This document shows positions 24,296-36,188 of a stretch of 64,000 bases of DNA, in pieces. The first letter of the stretch is position 1. Every line of letters begins with the position of its first letter. Below the pieces are notes generated by a model. That model searched no databases, was not told the origin of the DNA, and was given only the letters and a program-made list of their open reading frames with translations. The position numbers and the translations under genes were made by a program. This DNA comes from Lophium mytilinum (lineage: Eukaryota), in assembly GCA_010093605.1 (NCBI GenBank), contig MU004181.1:806001-870000 (forward strand), given 5' to 3'.

Positions 24296-25259
24296 AGGCG
24301 TTCGGGATGGCGTGTGGACGTGTTCTCGGCTAAAACGTGGGAAACTGGCAGCGTGGAGGAGAGGATGGAGGTTTGTTCTGATAATTTGGCCCATTTGAGG
24401 CTCTCGGAGGATGAGATGATTGAGGCGGCTCTGGGATAGAGATTTGTTTAATCCGGAGTCGAGTCTGATAGGTAATGGTGAAGAGGAGATCAAAGAGTGT
24501 ATAATTCAGAGGTCATGCTCGGATCCATAGCGTGGTAATTGTGCAAGCAATCATAGGTAATCTAGGTATGTGTTCAGGCTAAGCTACTCGTTTTCATTCA
24601 TACATTCACTCACTTCGCAATTGAATTCAAACAAGTTTCCAGCCCGTATAGTATACGGCTTTACTGACTGGTTGATGAGAAGCGCGCAATAGATTTCCTA
24701 GCGATTTCGACTGTAGGCAAAGAAGTGCTTTCGCGTTTTCAACGCAGCAAACGGAGCGCTTCGCCAGCTGACCCTGTATCAAACGACGCCCTGCCAGTAA
24801 GCCTCTTACGCCGCGGCCTTGTTGTCTGACGTCTTTCAACGTGTTTCCAAAGCGCATACCAACCGTGAGTTTCCTATCTTTACCCTAACGAATCAGATGC
24901 TAATGCGTGCAGGTAAATTTGCCTATAATGCGGGCTTGCTCCGAGCTTCACTAAGAAACACTTGAAGCAAGCCCCGTGTTTTTTCCACGGATTTCTGCTT
25001 TGCCTTCTCAAACATCACGTTTTTTTCCCGGTTGCGCCCAACAATCAAGCCTTGCTCTCCTAGAGAGTTTTCTGCATTGGCTCATCAAACGTCAAGCTCC
25101 AAGTCGGGCCTTTCGATATAAAGACACGAGCATTGAGCCGCTCGGAGTCTTTAGATTAGAACTTCGTCATCATTGAAAGCTCACCGACGGATTTGTTTTT
25201 GATTACCTTCATTCAAGACTCCACTCCCACAAGACATCGCTCACCCCAGATCGACTCCC

Positions 25260-28200
25260 ATGGCTCGGAAAAAAGGGATTGCCAAGCCCAACGATGACAA
25301 CTCAAGGTTGCTACGCGAAGGTATGAGGAAGACCTGGGATAAATCTCCATGCTTCAGGTGTAACAACGCGAGCCACCCTTCCAACCAATGCAGTGCAAAT
25401 GCCGATGCCACAACCTTCTTTGCCGAAAAGGACGGCGCCGTCGATACTGTCCACAAGAAAGAAGCAGATGAATGGTTCAAGACCTACGTTCTCAAGAATA
25501 AGGATGGGAAGTTTCCGCCGGAGGTAGCGCCCTCGATAAATACCCCAGCCGCTGCTGGTTTGTCTTCCACGTTACCGATTCGTGGATCCGGGAATGTTTC
25601 ACAGCAGACGTTCGGAGGAGCTTCTGCGAATGTATCAAGCCAGAGCCAGACACGTGTTCAGCAGCCCGATGAACCTCTTTTGTATGAGGAGTTTACCAAG
25701 GGGCGTTGGGAACGAGAAGATCCCATCACAAGGGGTGAAGGGCCGAAGGGTAATGAGCCATACGCAGGGGGAACTCATATTATCGAGCAGCCAAAGAACC
25801 CAAACAGAATAGGGGAAATCGTCAGAGTCATCGCGAATCACCTTCTCATTGAGAAGGTTCCAGAGTTGCTTAACGAGTATTCTATCGATTACAATCCGAC
25901 CAAAGGCCGCGTTGAAAAGCGAAGAATTTTCAATGCTTTGTTGGACTCGAAACTATTGGACCTGGACGGACTTGCTTGGGCCACTGATCATGAGAGACTG
26001 TGGATCAAAGATAAGACTCTTCCAAAAGAGTTAAAAGAGTTTTTGGATTTTCCATATACGAAGCCAAGCGGAAAGGAGGGAACAATGATCAGTGTGAACT
26101 TTAACTTCGACCGGGAAATCAAACCAAGAGACCTTCAAGATTCTGCAAAAAACGCCGAATTCCAGACGCAGACCACCACTATTCGAGCGCTGAATGCGAT
26201 CGTTTCTCGAAAGCTTGTTGAAGAGATGTTCACCAACAAGGACCAGCCAACTTTAAAGGGCATTACAATGACGAAAGCGAACAAATGTTTTATCAACAAT
26301 GGCATCAGCCCTCTCAAAGGAAGAGGCCTCGTTGCCGTTCGAGGATACTTCTTTTCCGTCCGGCCTGGAGAAAAGAATACTCTGCTGAACATCAATACCG
26401 CGACCTCTGCCTTCTTGTCGCCAATTCTGGTATCTCATTTCCTTCAATTGACCGGGAACAATAAAGCAGCAGCTGAAAAGCTTCTCAAAGGCGCGAAGCT
26501 CAGAGTGACTTACAACCGGATGGACAAGGCCGACGATTCTATCAAGGGTAGCCGGAACGATGAAGTGAACCGGGGAAAGATCTTTCGCCAGTTCGGTAAA
26601 GCGGCCCAAGATCAGGATTATTATATCGGAGAGAAGGGATCAAAGACACTAGGTGGGAAGGTCCTCGACTACTTCAAAGGTACGAATACGAAGACCGCTG
26701 TGCAAACCTGTCCTTGCAATTGGCTAATTCTGCTGGTTAGATTTGGGAGTGTCCGTAACCTCCGGATGTGCCTGTGTCAATGTTGGGCCTTTTTTTGATC
26801 CCGACGATAACGACGCAGCGAAAAACGCAGTCTGGGTTCCCGCTGAATGCCTCGAGATCCTACCAATGAACCCGGTCAAAACCACATTGGATACCGACCA
26901 TACTTCAGCAATGATGAACGTCGCAAATCGAGAGCCGGCAAAGAATGCCCGTCTGATTGTGAAAGAAGGCATCCGGCGCCTTGGAATCGACCAAAAGGAT
27001 GAACTAGTAAGTACAAGACCATTCACCTCAATCTCTGACTTGACTAAGCTTGAACACACATACTAACAAGCCGTAGGAAGACATCGGTTTCTCGATCCGT
27101 CCTGAACCTATCGAATTCGACGCTCGAATCCTTCCGCCGCCACAGTTATATTACAACGTCAACGGGCGCATCCGCTCGGTGGATCCCAAATTTGCAGCAT
27201 GGAATCTGAAGGGCGTCAGGTTCCAAGGGGCGGGGGTTGCAACAGCCTTGCACGTGGTGCACGTAAATGGTGGTCAAGAAAACCTTAAGCCATGCGAACC
27301 AGAGAGCCTCGGTCATTGGCTTCAAGAGAGTATGAAGGGACATGGAATGAAGATCCCTGGTACTTTCGACAAGAAAAAGGTGCATCACTTGTACGCTGAG
27401 GGCTCAACAAAATTCGCAAATTCTTTCCAGGATCTTTTGAGGTCTTTCGATGAGAAGGCTGTAACTTTGGTCATTCTACCTTCCCCAGATCAGCAACTCT
27501 ACAGCACGATAAAGCGCATAGGCGACACCAGTGGCGTTATAACTGTATGTTGCCAGAACGATAAGTACGACACGCAGACACTACGGGACAGGAAGCCATT
27601 GGGCAGACCGCCGCAAGACCCTAAAGATGCGCTGGAGCAACAACTCTCCAATCTCTCGCTCAAATTCAATCTCAAACTGGGGAAGGACACGCACCATTTT
27701 GACTCACATTTCATCAGAGACATGGATGGCACGATCATCATGGGCGCAGACGTCGGACACCCTCCTGTCGGAGGACCCGCGGCAAGCCCGTCTATCGCTG
27801 CGTTGGTCGCGAGCATCGACGGTAACATGATGAATTATCCAGCATCCATACGTCTGCAAGCGGGACGACAAGAGGTAAGCCTAAAGCTAGATTCTATGTT
27901 TCACATCGCTCACTATATTCAGACAATAGAAGATCTTCGCGGCATGGTCTCGGAGCGCCTCCGTGCTTGGAGAGAGAACAACAATAATAGCCTCCCTGAC
28001 CAAATCGTGTTCGTAAGTTAGCTCGACCAGGTTTTTATTCAAGATGATCTCTTACATTGACATCAGTTCCGAGATGGTGTGGCCGAAAATCAATTTGCAG
28101 ATATCAAGGAGAGAGAGGTAAAGGCCATCAAAATGGCTTACGATGATCTGAACGTCTCGAACCAGGCATATGCCGTCACATTCATCGTAGTCGGCAAGCG

Positions 28201-28848
28201 GCATCATACTCGGTTTTATCCCAAGCACTCAACAGACGCGACAAAAAATGGAAACTTGAGGCCAGGTCTCGTGGTTGATTCTGTTGTCACGACGCCAGGC
28301 CAGCAGGATTTCTTTTGTCAGGCACATGCAGCTATAAAAGGTACGGCTAGGTCCGCTCACTATCATATACTAGTGGATGAGATAAATTGGACCTTCGATG
28401 TCCATCAAGAAGTTGTAAGATACCGCGATTTCTTGTTCAATCTCCATGAATCTAACACCGTCAGGCCCACAAACTCTCCTATGCCTTTTCCCGCGCAACT
28501 AAAGGTGTCTCGTATTGCGCTCCTGCGTACCTTGCGGATCGTCTCTGCGAGCGCGGCCGTTGTTATTTGAGAGCATGGAAGCCGGGACCATCCTACGACA
28601 TACCCAAGCACAAGGAGCTCATTGACTGGTACAACAATGTCAAGCGGCAAGATCCAAAGCCAATGGGCAGGACTGTGAAGACAGGCGCCAAAGGAGAGGA
28701 ATTCCCAATCCTTACAAAAGTGGGGATGCAAACGTGGAGGAAAGAAATGGCTGCTCGATTAGCTAGGAGCACTGATTGGAATCCGAATGGAGCAGCCAGA
28801 ACGAATCCTTGGGACGCAAAGTTTGATAAAGTCATGTTCTGGATCTAA
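25260..28848 (+). CDS. Argonaute B, with N-terminal CCHC knuckle (6 exons)
   Basis: ANHL, RGYFFSVRPG..LLNINTA, VWVPAECL, LYSTIKRIGD..ITVCC, GADVGHP, F/FRDGVAE, KRHHTRFYP, GTARSAHY, AYLADRLCER, NPW..VMFWI*. Introns at ~26680-26740, 27007-27076, 27875-27922, 28013-28065, 28415-28464. Confidence 0.95.
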
Positions 28849-29214
28849 CGGAGCTGGGAATTGGCGCTGAGCATCGTTCACCACCTATTCAACTAGGTGT
28901 GCCCAGGAGAGGATCGGGGTCCTCCATGTATCAGTCGAGTTTGGTTGGAGGTTCTGATGTGACAGTGACACAAGAGACCAATGTAGGGCATTTGGTCCTT
29001 TTGTAGCTTGCTGAAGGTTCAGCACCGCATGATAGTAGCTAGATGTTGGAGAAGCGATAATTACGTTGGTGTTCATGTTTTGAACTCTTCTCTCACAAAA
29101 CTCTTCGTACTCTAGACATGTGCACGAGTAGTACATTATGCTCACGGGACATAGGTTTGCATGCAAGCTATGTCGGACATTTCCTGCCGAGTTTGGCTCT
29201 CCTGAAGCATCACA

Positions 29215-29406
29215 GTTTGCACTTATTGCCGAGCTACGGTCGGAATTTCATACGCTTCGCCATCGTACTACGCTGACAGGCATTGTGAACGGGGTAAGGC
29301 ATATCTGAGGAGGTGGTTAGTTCAGGGTGAACTGGGACAGCTACCTGCAAATGCTGATATCGACATGTCGATAGACGCGCATGCACGGGGAATGTTTGGA
29401 ACCTGA
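29215..29406 (+). pseudogene. Isolated Argonaute PIWI C-terminal fragment
   Basis: Translates as VCTYCRATVGISYASPSYYADRHCERGKAYLRRW..FGT*; in-frame TGA at 29203 just upstream; no upstream exons recognisable. Confidence 0.85.
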
Positions 29407-30350
29407 ATAGATATCGGTATCAAATTCTCTTCCTTGAAGAATTCAGACCTTAGTAGCAACGTTGAATCGCTGGGTGCCCTCATGTGACGTAATACTTTCT
29501 AGCTCTAGCGATCCCGCACAGACTCCGACTCCCACGTCCCCACGTCCCCTATCCCGCTCCATCCCGACATTTTACACTTAATTCTTTCAGCCTCAGACCC
29601 CTTGACTTTGGGATTCTGGGTTAGCACTCATTATTTATTCGATCGATGAAGTATTCTAGTTCACGTGCTGCTAACAATTCCAGCCAACGCCCAAGAATAT
29701 GTTATTTCTGCAAGATAATTCGCCAGACACGTTCAAATTGCCTCAAGACCCAGTCATCGACTACTCGGAATTGCTATACCACCACAGATTTGATTCCTCT
29801 TGATTGGAGCAAGAGTGTGTCGAGCCTTTGCTAATGGCTCGCAAAAGGTTTTCGATCAAGGGGGGAGGGGGCAAATTCCTCGTACGCCAAAGCTTTTCGC
29901 ACGCAGCGAACTGTATAACGAGCCTGAAGCATATTTGGTATCCGGTTTGACAGATGGGAACTCCGAGAGGGCTCTTCCAATGCCAAATACACTGTGACCT
30001 CTCTCGCAACCGTTTGACGCTCAAGCGCGCCCTTCCAGAGGCGCTGCTGTTTTCTTCGACCCAAATAGACTACGAAACTGTCAAGCCCATTGCCTGTGAA
30101 TTGCGAAAAGAAAATCAGGTTGCTTGCTCGGTTTGTACATCTTGTCTAGCTCTTTCGATCAATCACCTGGACATGTGGTAGGCAACTGGGGCAGCTACGT
30201 TGATGGCTATATAACAGAGCATTCTTTCATCTTAAATGCTCCTCATCACGCTCGCCCTTTTCAGCGAAACTAGCTCATCAAAGCCAGCCTTCTTTCAATT
30301 TCTCAGCTTTCTTCGACTAGTCGAGCTTCTACCAGTATTTCCTCCTCAAT

Positions 30351-33300
30351 ATGGGAAAGAACAAGGGGGGTAAGGGGGGTAACCAGCGAGGTGGTTCTCA
30401 AAATGCCGCAGTAAATCTTTCAGACTATTTTGGAACCCGAGATAGGTTCGAAAAGAAGCTTCCAGGTCTTCAAAAACTCTTCGATCCTTCGAATTGCGAG
30501 ATTCATGTCGTTCGGCCTTCCTTCAACCGGCCGGTCCAGAACGAGCGTCACGCTGTCTATTCCAACCATTTCCAGGTCACTCTTCCCAAAGAGCAGCTCT
30601 ACCAGTACCACGTTGTTGGAATGGATCCGCCGCCCCCCGAGAAGAAGGACCAATCGAAGGAAGAAGAGCCACCAAACGATGGAAGCGACTCTGAGCAGCA
30701 GGGTGCATCAAAAGAAGAAGAATCACCAGCCGCTGGAAGTAACTCTGAGCAGCAGGGTGCGTCGACAGAAGACAAATCACCAAAAGAAGAAAGTGACTCT
30801 GAGCAGCAGGTTGCGTCAGAGGAACCTGAAGAGGAGTCCCTCTCCCGACGAGCCAAGAGACTTCTCCTAGACTCATTCATCAAGAAGTCCCCTGTTCTAA
30901 CGGCAGAGAAAGCTAATTTCGCAACGGACGACATGTCAGTCATCGTTGCCTGGAAGGACTTATCCGCAATCTATCAGAAAGATTCCGCAGAGGAGACCAT
31001 CCTGGAAGAACACGACGTCAAGCTCGGGTCGTCAAGCAAAGCACATACTTACAAGCTTCAGCTGAAGTTTATCGGTGAAGTCGATACGAAGTCGTTTCAA
31101 AAGATCTGTGCCGGAGATGTTTCGAAATTGCCATACGAGTTGTCGACGAAGAACACCGTTCCACACGCTCTCAATATCATCATATCACACGCAACGAGGA
31201 ATAACAAGGACCAGAGAGCCGAGAATTTCTCGGTAGGCGGGAAGAAGTGCTATCAAGTGAACACGAGGAAGCCATCGCATGGTCTAGAAATCTACAGCGG
31301 GTTCTTCTCCACGATCAAGACTTCAATGGGCACACCGTTGCTCAACGTGAACAGGACCACAGGCCTTTTCCTGCCGGGGAACAAGCGAGTCGACACCTTT
31401 GCGGCGGAGTACAAGGCTGGATGGCAGAAGGCACTCATCGGCACGAGGGTGGCTGTTCTTTATCAAAAGGTGAAAAAGGCAGAAGAAATTGCTAGACTTC
31501 ACCCTTCGAATCAGAATCTCTTCAAGGAGCGAACCATCAAAGGATTCGGCTTAATACCGTCAAAACAGACGTTCACGATGATTGACGCAGACAAAAATGA
31601 GACAGTTACATCTGTCAGGAAGTACCTGAAGGATAGTAAGTTTTCATCACTCACGAGTTAGGAAGAATGGCATTGACCAAGAACAGGGTACGAAATTGAT
31701 TTCACCGACAACCTTCCGTGCGTAGACTTAGGCTCGGGAAAGAAAGACGACCACGCCTGGTTTCCCGCTGATAAACTCGAGATTCTCCCATACCAGCCTT
31801 TTCGACTAGCCGCTCCACCCGATGTTACGTCTGACATGATAGCGCATGCACGCAAAAGCCCCGCTGAGAGTTGCATAGAGATCCTCGACAGTAAACTCAC
31901 ATTCCTGGGACTCCAAAATCGGAGTGACGGTACATCTCCTGTAAGCATATTAATCAATGTTCTGTTGTGTGCAGCATCTCACGAGATCAAGGTACCCGCC
32001 GACTTCGCCATAAAACCAGACATGGTCGCGATCCCCGTCAAGGTAATGAATGCGCCCAAGGTAACCTATGTTGATGCCAAAGGCCAGGAGAGCAAAGCCG
32101 CCGTCGAAGTAGGCGCATGGAATCTGAGCAATCAGAATCTTCTTTCCCCAGGCCGTCTCCGAGGCGACGTTTGGGTTGTCCATTCAAGCCCGGTTGATGC
32201 AGGTCAAGCCCAAAATTGGGGCAAAGCACTCTTCACAGAAATGAAGATTTACAAGATCAAAGTCCCAGCAGACACCAGAATCAGAACTATTGAGCTGCCT
32301 GATCTCAAGCGCAGTAACTTCGACGATGCGTTCAAACAAATACCTCAAGGGTCGCTGGTCATCTATCTAAACCCCGATAACAAAGCTCAACACGCTTCGA
32401 AGTTTGCGTATTCGAAGCAATGTGGAGATCAGACCTACGGACTGCAGACGATATGTCTCACTGCGGACAAAATGACAAAACTGGACAGCGGCGAGAGCAA
32501 AGCCAAATTCAAGGACTATATGGCCAACGCCATATTGAAAATCAACCTCAAGCTAGGAGGTTACAATCATAAAGTTGAACTGATAGGGTTCAATGCCAAT
32601 GGTCAGAATAAGAATTGGATGAAAGAGAGAAACAAGCTTGAGACCATGATCCTGGGCGCGGATGTTACCCATACAGGTCCTAAAGCTACGCCTAAGACCC
32701 CCTCTCTTGCCTCAGTTGTCGGCAGCGTCGAAGGTGACTTCGGGACGTACGGGGGGTCAATGAGGGCGCAAAGAGCCAACTCTGAGGTAAGTTTGAACCA
32801 AACATACTTGGGCCAAGTCGATTCTAAGTTTTAAACTAGCTTATTGCGGACTTCAAAGGAATGGTGATCGAGAGACTCCAAGCCTGGAGTAAGAGAAACG
32901 AGAACCGTTGGCCAAGCCAGATCCTCTATTACAGAGACGGCGTCGACGAAGGACAGTATTCCCAGGTTCGCAAAGAGGAGGTAGAAAAGATCAAGGATGC
33001 ATTCGCGGAATGCATCGAGCTTGATAAGAAGGAGCGCGAAATGAAGGAGGGCAAAGAGAAGAAGGGTAAAGGGAAGAAAGGCAAAGAGGAGACACCCGAA
33101 CCACCTAAGGTCACAGCCGTCATTGTCGCAAAGCGACATCATACACGCTTCTATCCTACGCAGGTCATGAATAAGGGTACCGGAGGGAATTGTGAACCAG
33201 GCACTGTTATCGATGTCGGGGTGACTGACCCCGTTTACTTCGACTTTTGTGAGTTCTTCTTCAGCGCCTCGCTTCAGTCCTACTTCACTACCCTTAGAAT

Positions 33301-33734
33301 GTAGTAAACTAACCTTCTTCACAGTCCTTCAGAGCCACGATGCAATTCAAGGGACCGCAAAGCCTTCGCATTACTTCGTCCTCAAGAACGAAATCGACCT
33401 GACAGCGGAACAACTACAGGAATTCGTAAGTTGATCTTCCTCGTACCCCGAGTAGCTCCCTAGTTCGAGACGCAATGCTCACCCAGTAACTTTAATCAAG
33501 ACATATCGCCTCTGTTACACGTATGTGAGAGCCACGAGAAGCGTATCATATGCGCCGCCTGCTTACTACGCTGATCGTCTTTGTGAGCGAGGCCGTAGTT
33601 ACTGCAAGGACTTCCTCGACGGAACTTATCGAAAGACGAGCAAGCAGTCGACAGACCACGCATGGAAAGAGGCATGGGGCCCCAACAAAAACCCTTGGCA
33701 CAAAAACCTCGACGATACTATGTTCTGGATGTAG
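30351..33734 (+). CDS. Argonaute C, with acidic repeat insertion and Lys/Glu-rich PIWI insertion (about 6 exons)
   Basis: YSNHFQV, GFFSTIK..LLNVN, AWFPAD, QTICL..NAILKINLKLGGYNH, GADVTH, YYRDGVDE, KRHHTRFYP, GTAKPSHY, YYADRLCER, NPWHKNLDDTMFWM*. Introns at ~31636-31686, 31941-31991, 32787-32839, 33249-33324, 33427-33500. Confidence 0.95.
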
Positions 33735-34562
33735 ATCTTGGCAATGATATCGGCGATCGGCTCCCGGGATGGGCTGCTTCAACAGCTGCTCTGAAAACGC
33801 GTATGCTACGGGCTTGCGATTGTGGTTGGTAGCTGTCGTGATAGGCTTCAGTAGTGGGATGTTATGATATGGTGCGTTGTTTCGAATTAGCATTTCGGAG
33901 TTTGGGGGTAGTGGTTAATTGCTGATGGTTCAACACCCTCGAAAAAAATGGTCTGAAGCAAAGGGGTTGGATTGTGACTAGATGGTTCTTTTTTCTTTTA
34001 GCAAGAAAATGATTTCCCTTACCAAATTCCGAGCTACGTGTTTCAACATCTGACAGGACGATCACGTGGAAGTTGAGGGGACATGTCTTGGCGGACTTGA
34101 CGTCACAGCTCTCTCCCAACGTCACTCCGCAAACCAAGAGAATGAGGCCTCTCCAAGCCTGCTAAAGACAGAACACCACATAAGCAAGGCGGTACCAAGA
34201 GCCAGACACCCAATTGCAGCTAAATTAGGGTACAGGAGCAACCGCAGCCTAAAGCCTGATCGATCTGGGCATGCAGCACAATTGGGTGTATGACAGGCCG
34301 GTAGAGCTAACAGCCCGCGTAGAATAGCCAGCGCCCCCGCCTGTGACGCACTTGAACTAGATGGCAGGTGCGGGTTTGCGTTGTGGCAGGCTAGCAACCG
34401 GGTGTTCTGCTATAGCAACGTCATGGCCTGAGACCCTTACTTAACCAAACCCTTTGTCTTGCGATTGAGAAACAACCACAACCACCTCACTACCCAAACC
34501 CCATTTCTCACAAGCACCACCTTACACCTCTGCACTTTAGAATACCTGACCGAGCAATCACC

Positions 34563-36188
34563 ATGGAAGCCATTAGCAATGTCACCAGTGCTGCGAGCAA
34601 GCTTATCTGGGGGGAGGGCGAGCAGGCCCAGGAGCGTACCGCTACAAACGAGACTGGCGGTTCAGAACCCGTCTCAGGCGAGCAGGGCAAGGGCACTGTG
34701 AGCGAGCCGTTCGACAAAGGCAACGAAGGTAAGTTCGAGCACTCAAACGTGACTGCCCCGCATTCCATCCACGGATATCGCTGCGGGGCGTACCACATGA
34801 GAAAAGAACACGGTTACGAGCAATTGGCTAATTGAGATGTCTACAGAAAACCCTATCTCCGGTTAGTAATATCCAGCTTTTTTGAGTTGTGAGCCCATCC
34901 CGAGCTACGCCGGCATCACCACCGCCTTTTGGATTCGAAGCGACGTCCCCAATGAGACCCCCATAGAAGGCACAAACGGTCTCTTGAGCAGGAGAGGATC
35001 TATAGAACGCCTCCCCAAAGCGCTCCCTCCCTCTCCAAACAACACCCGTCGATCCGAAGTCAACATTCCATTATTCTACCCACTTCGAACGACATTGTCC
35101 CACCCTCACCATGCCGTTCTTCCACCAAACCGAACGACGACTACGCAACAGCACCTCTCCCCTGGTTGACCGTACCCGTCCGCGGCTCGACCTCCTCATC
35201 CACGACAACTTCCACGAGTATACCGACTGTGACGGTTACTTTCATCTCAACATCTCCTCTCAACCCATCACTAACAGCTTCCGTGCCTTAGGCGAGCCCA
35301 CCCCCTCAACATCAACCTCAAACCCCACTTCCGGTCCTGATTCCACCTCCGCTACAACCAGCGAGATTCCGATCCGAGCGCACGAGACCTCCAAGACTGG
35401 CGACTTGTCCACTCCCTCTACGTCCACCTCAACCACTACTCCTGGCCCTAATCCCACCTCCGCCGCTGCCGGCGGTGTCCCGCACCCCGAGCATGAGACC
35501 TCCAAGACCGGTGTTGTAGGCAGCATGGGCTCTGACCCCAAGGGCAGCGACGTACGGCCCTCCGAGTCCACCGCCCACACCGGTCCCCCCGAAGCCGGCG
35601 CCGCCCCTACTCAGAAGCAGCAGGGTGCCGCGAACCCAACCGACGAGCCAGAGAAGGGCGAGTCGAAGTCGAAGTCGACCCTGAACATCGACGACATCGA
35701 CGGCGAGGAGGCGCTGAAGAAGAAGGACCCGAACGACCACTCGGGCGAGCCGATGCACATGCACGGTGGCGACGGAGCTGGCAGCGAGGAGAAGAAGGCG
35801 ACGAAGGCCGAGGAGAGGCGGGAGAGCAAGGCAGGGCAAGCGGGCGGACAGGAGCTTGGGAAGGAGGAGCATGGGACTGGGGAGCAGTGGGTGAAGGTAC
35901 GTTATCCCTTAACCCCTACAGCCGCCGATGTACGACATCCAGCTAACACGATACCAGACCTCCGGCCTCCACGCCGAAGGCGGCGACTTCGATGCCACCA
36001 AGCCAGGCGCCGGCCGCGAAGCCGACCGTCTGATGGAGCAGAAGGGCATCCACAAGACCAAGCCCGGCGAGGTTGCGAAGGACGACGCCTCGACCGCCTC
36101 CCCGACTCCCTCGAGCAGCAAGGAGAAGGTCAGCGTGGCCGACAAGATCAAGAACAAGCTGCACATTGGCCACAAGGACAAGCCGTAG
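34563..36188 (+). CDS. Hydrophilic conserved fungal hypothetical protein (multi-exon, probable 15-nt micro-exon)
   Basis: MEAISNVTSAASKLIWG..EPVSGEQGKGTVSEPFDKGN; candidate micro-exon 34847-34861; large exon from ~35292; final exon TSGLHAEGGDFDATKPGAGREADRL..KIKNKLH. Confidence 0.75.

Noticed and set aside
29200..29406. Argonaute fragment as an alternative terminal exon of Argonaute B
   Set aside because: B's last donor is phase 0, and the nearby AG acceptors give out-of-frame products. There is an in-frame TGA at 29203 and the conserved MFW end is missing, so a relic is more likely.
29834..29997. ATGGCTCGCAAAAGG (MARKR) resembling the Argonaute B start MARKK
   Set aside because: Similarity is limited to about 4 codons; no downstream Argonaute motifs seen
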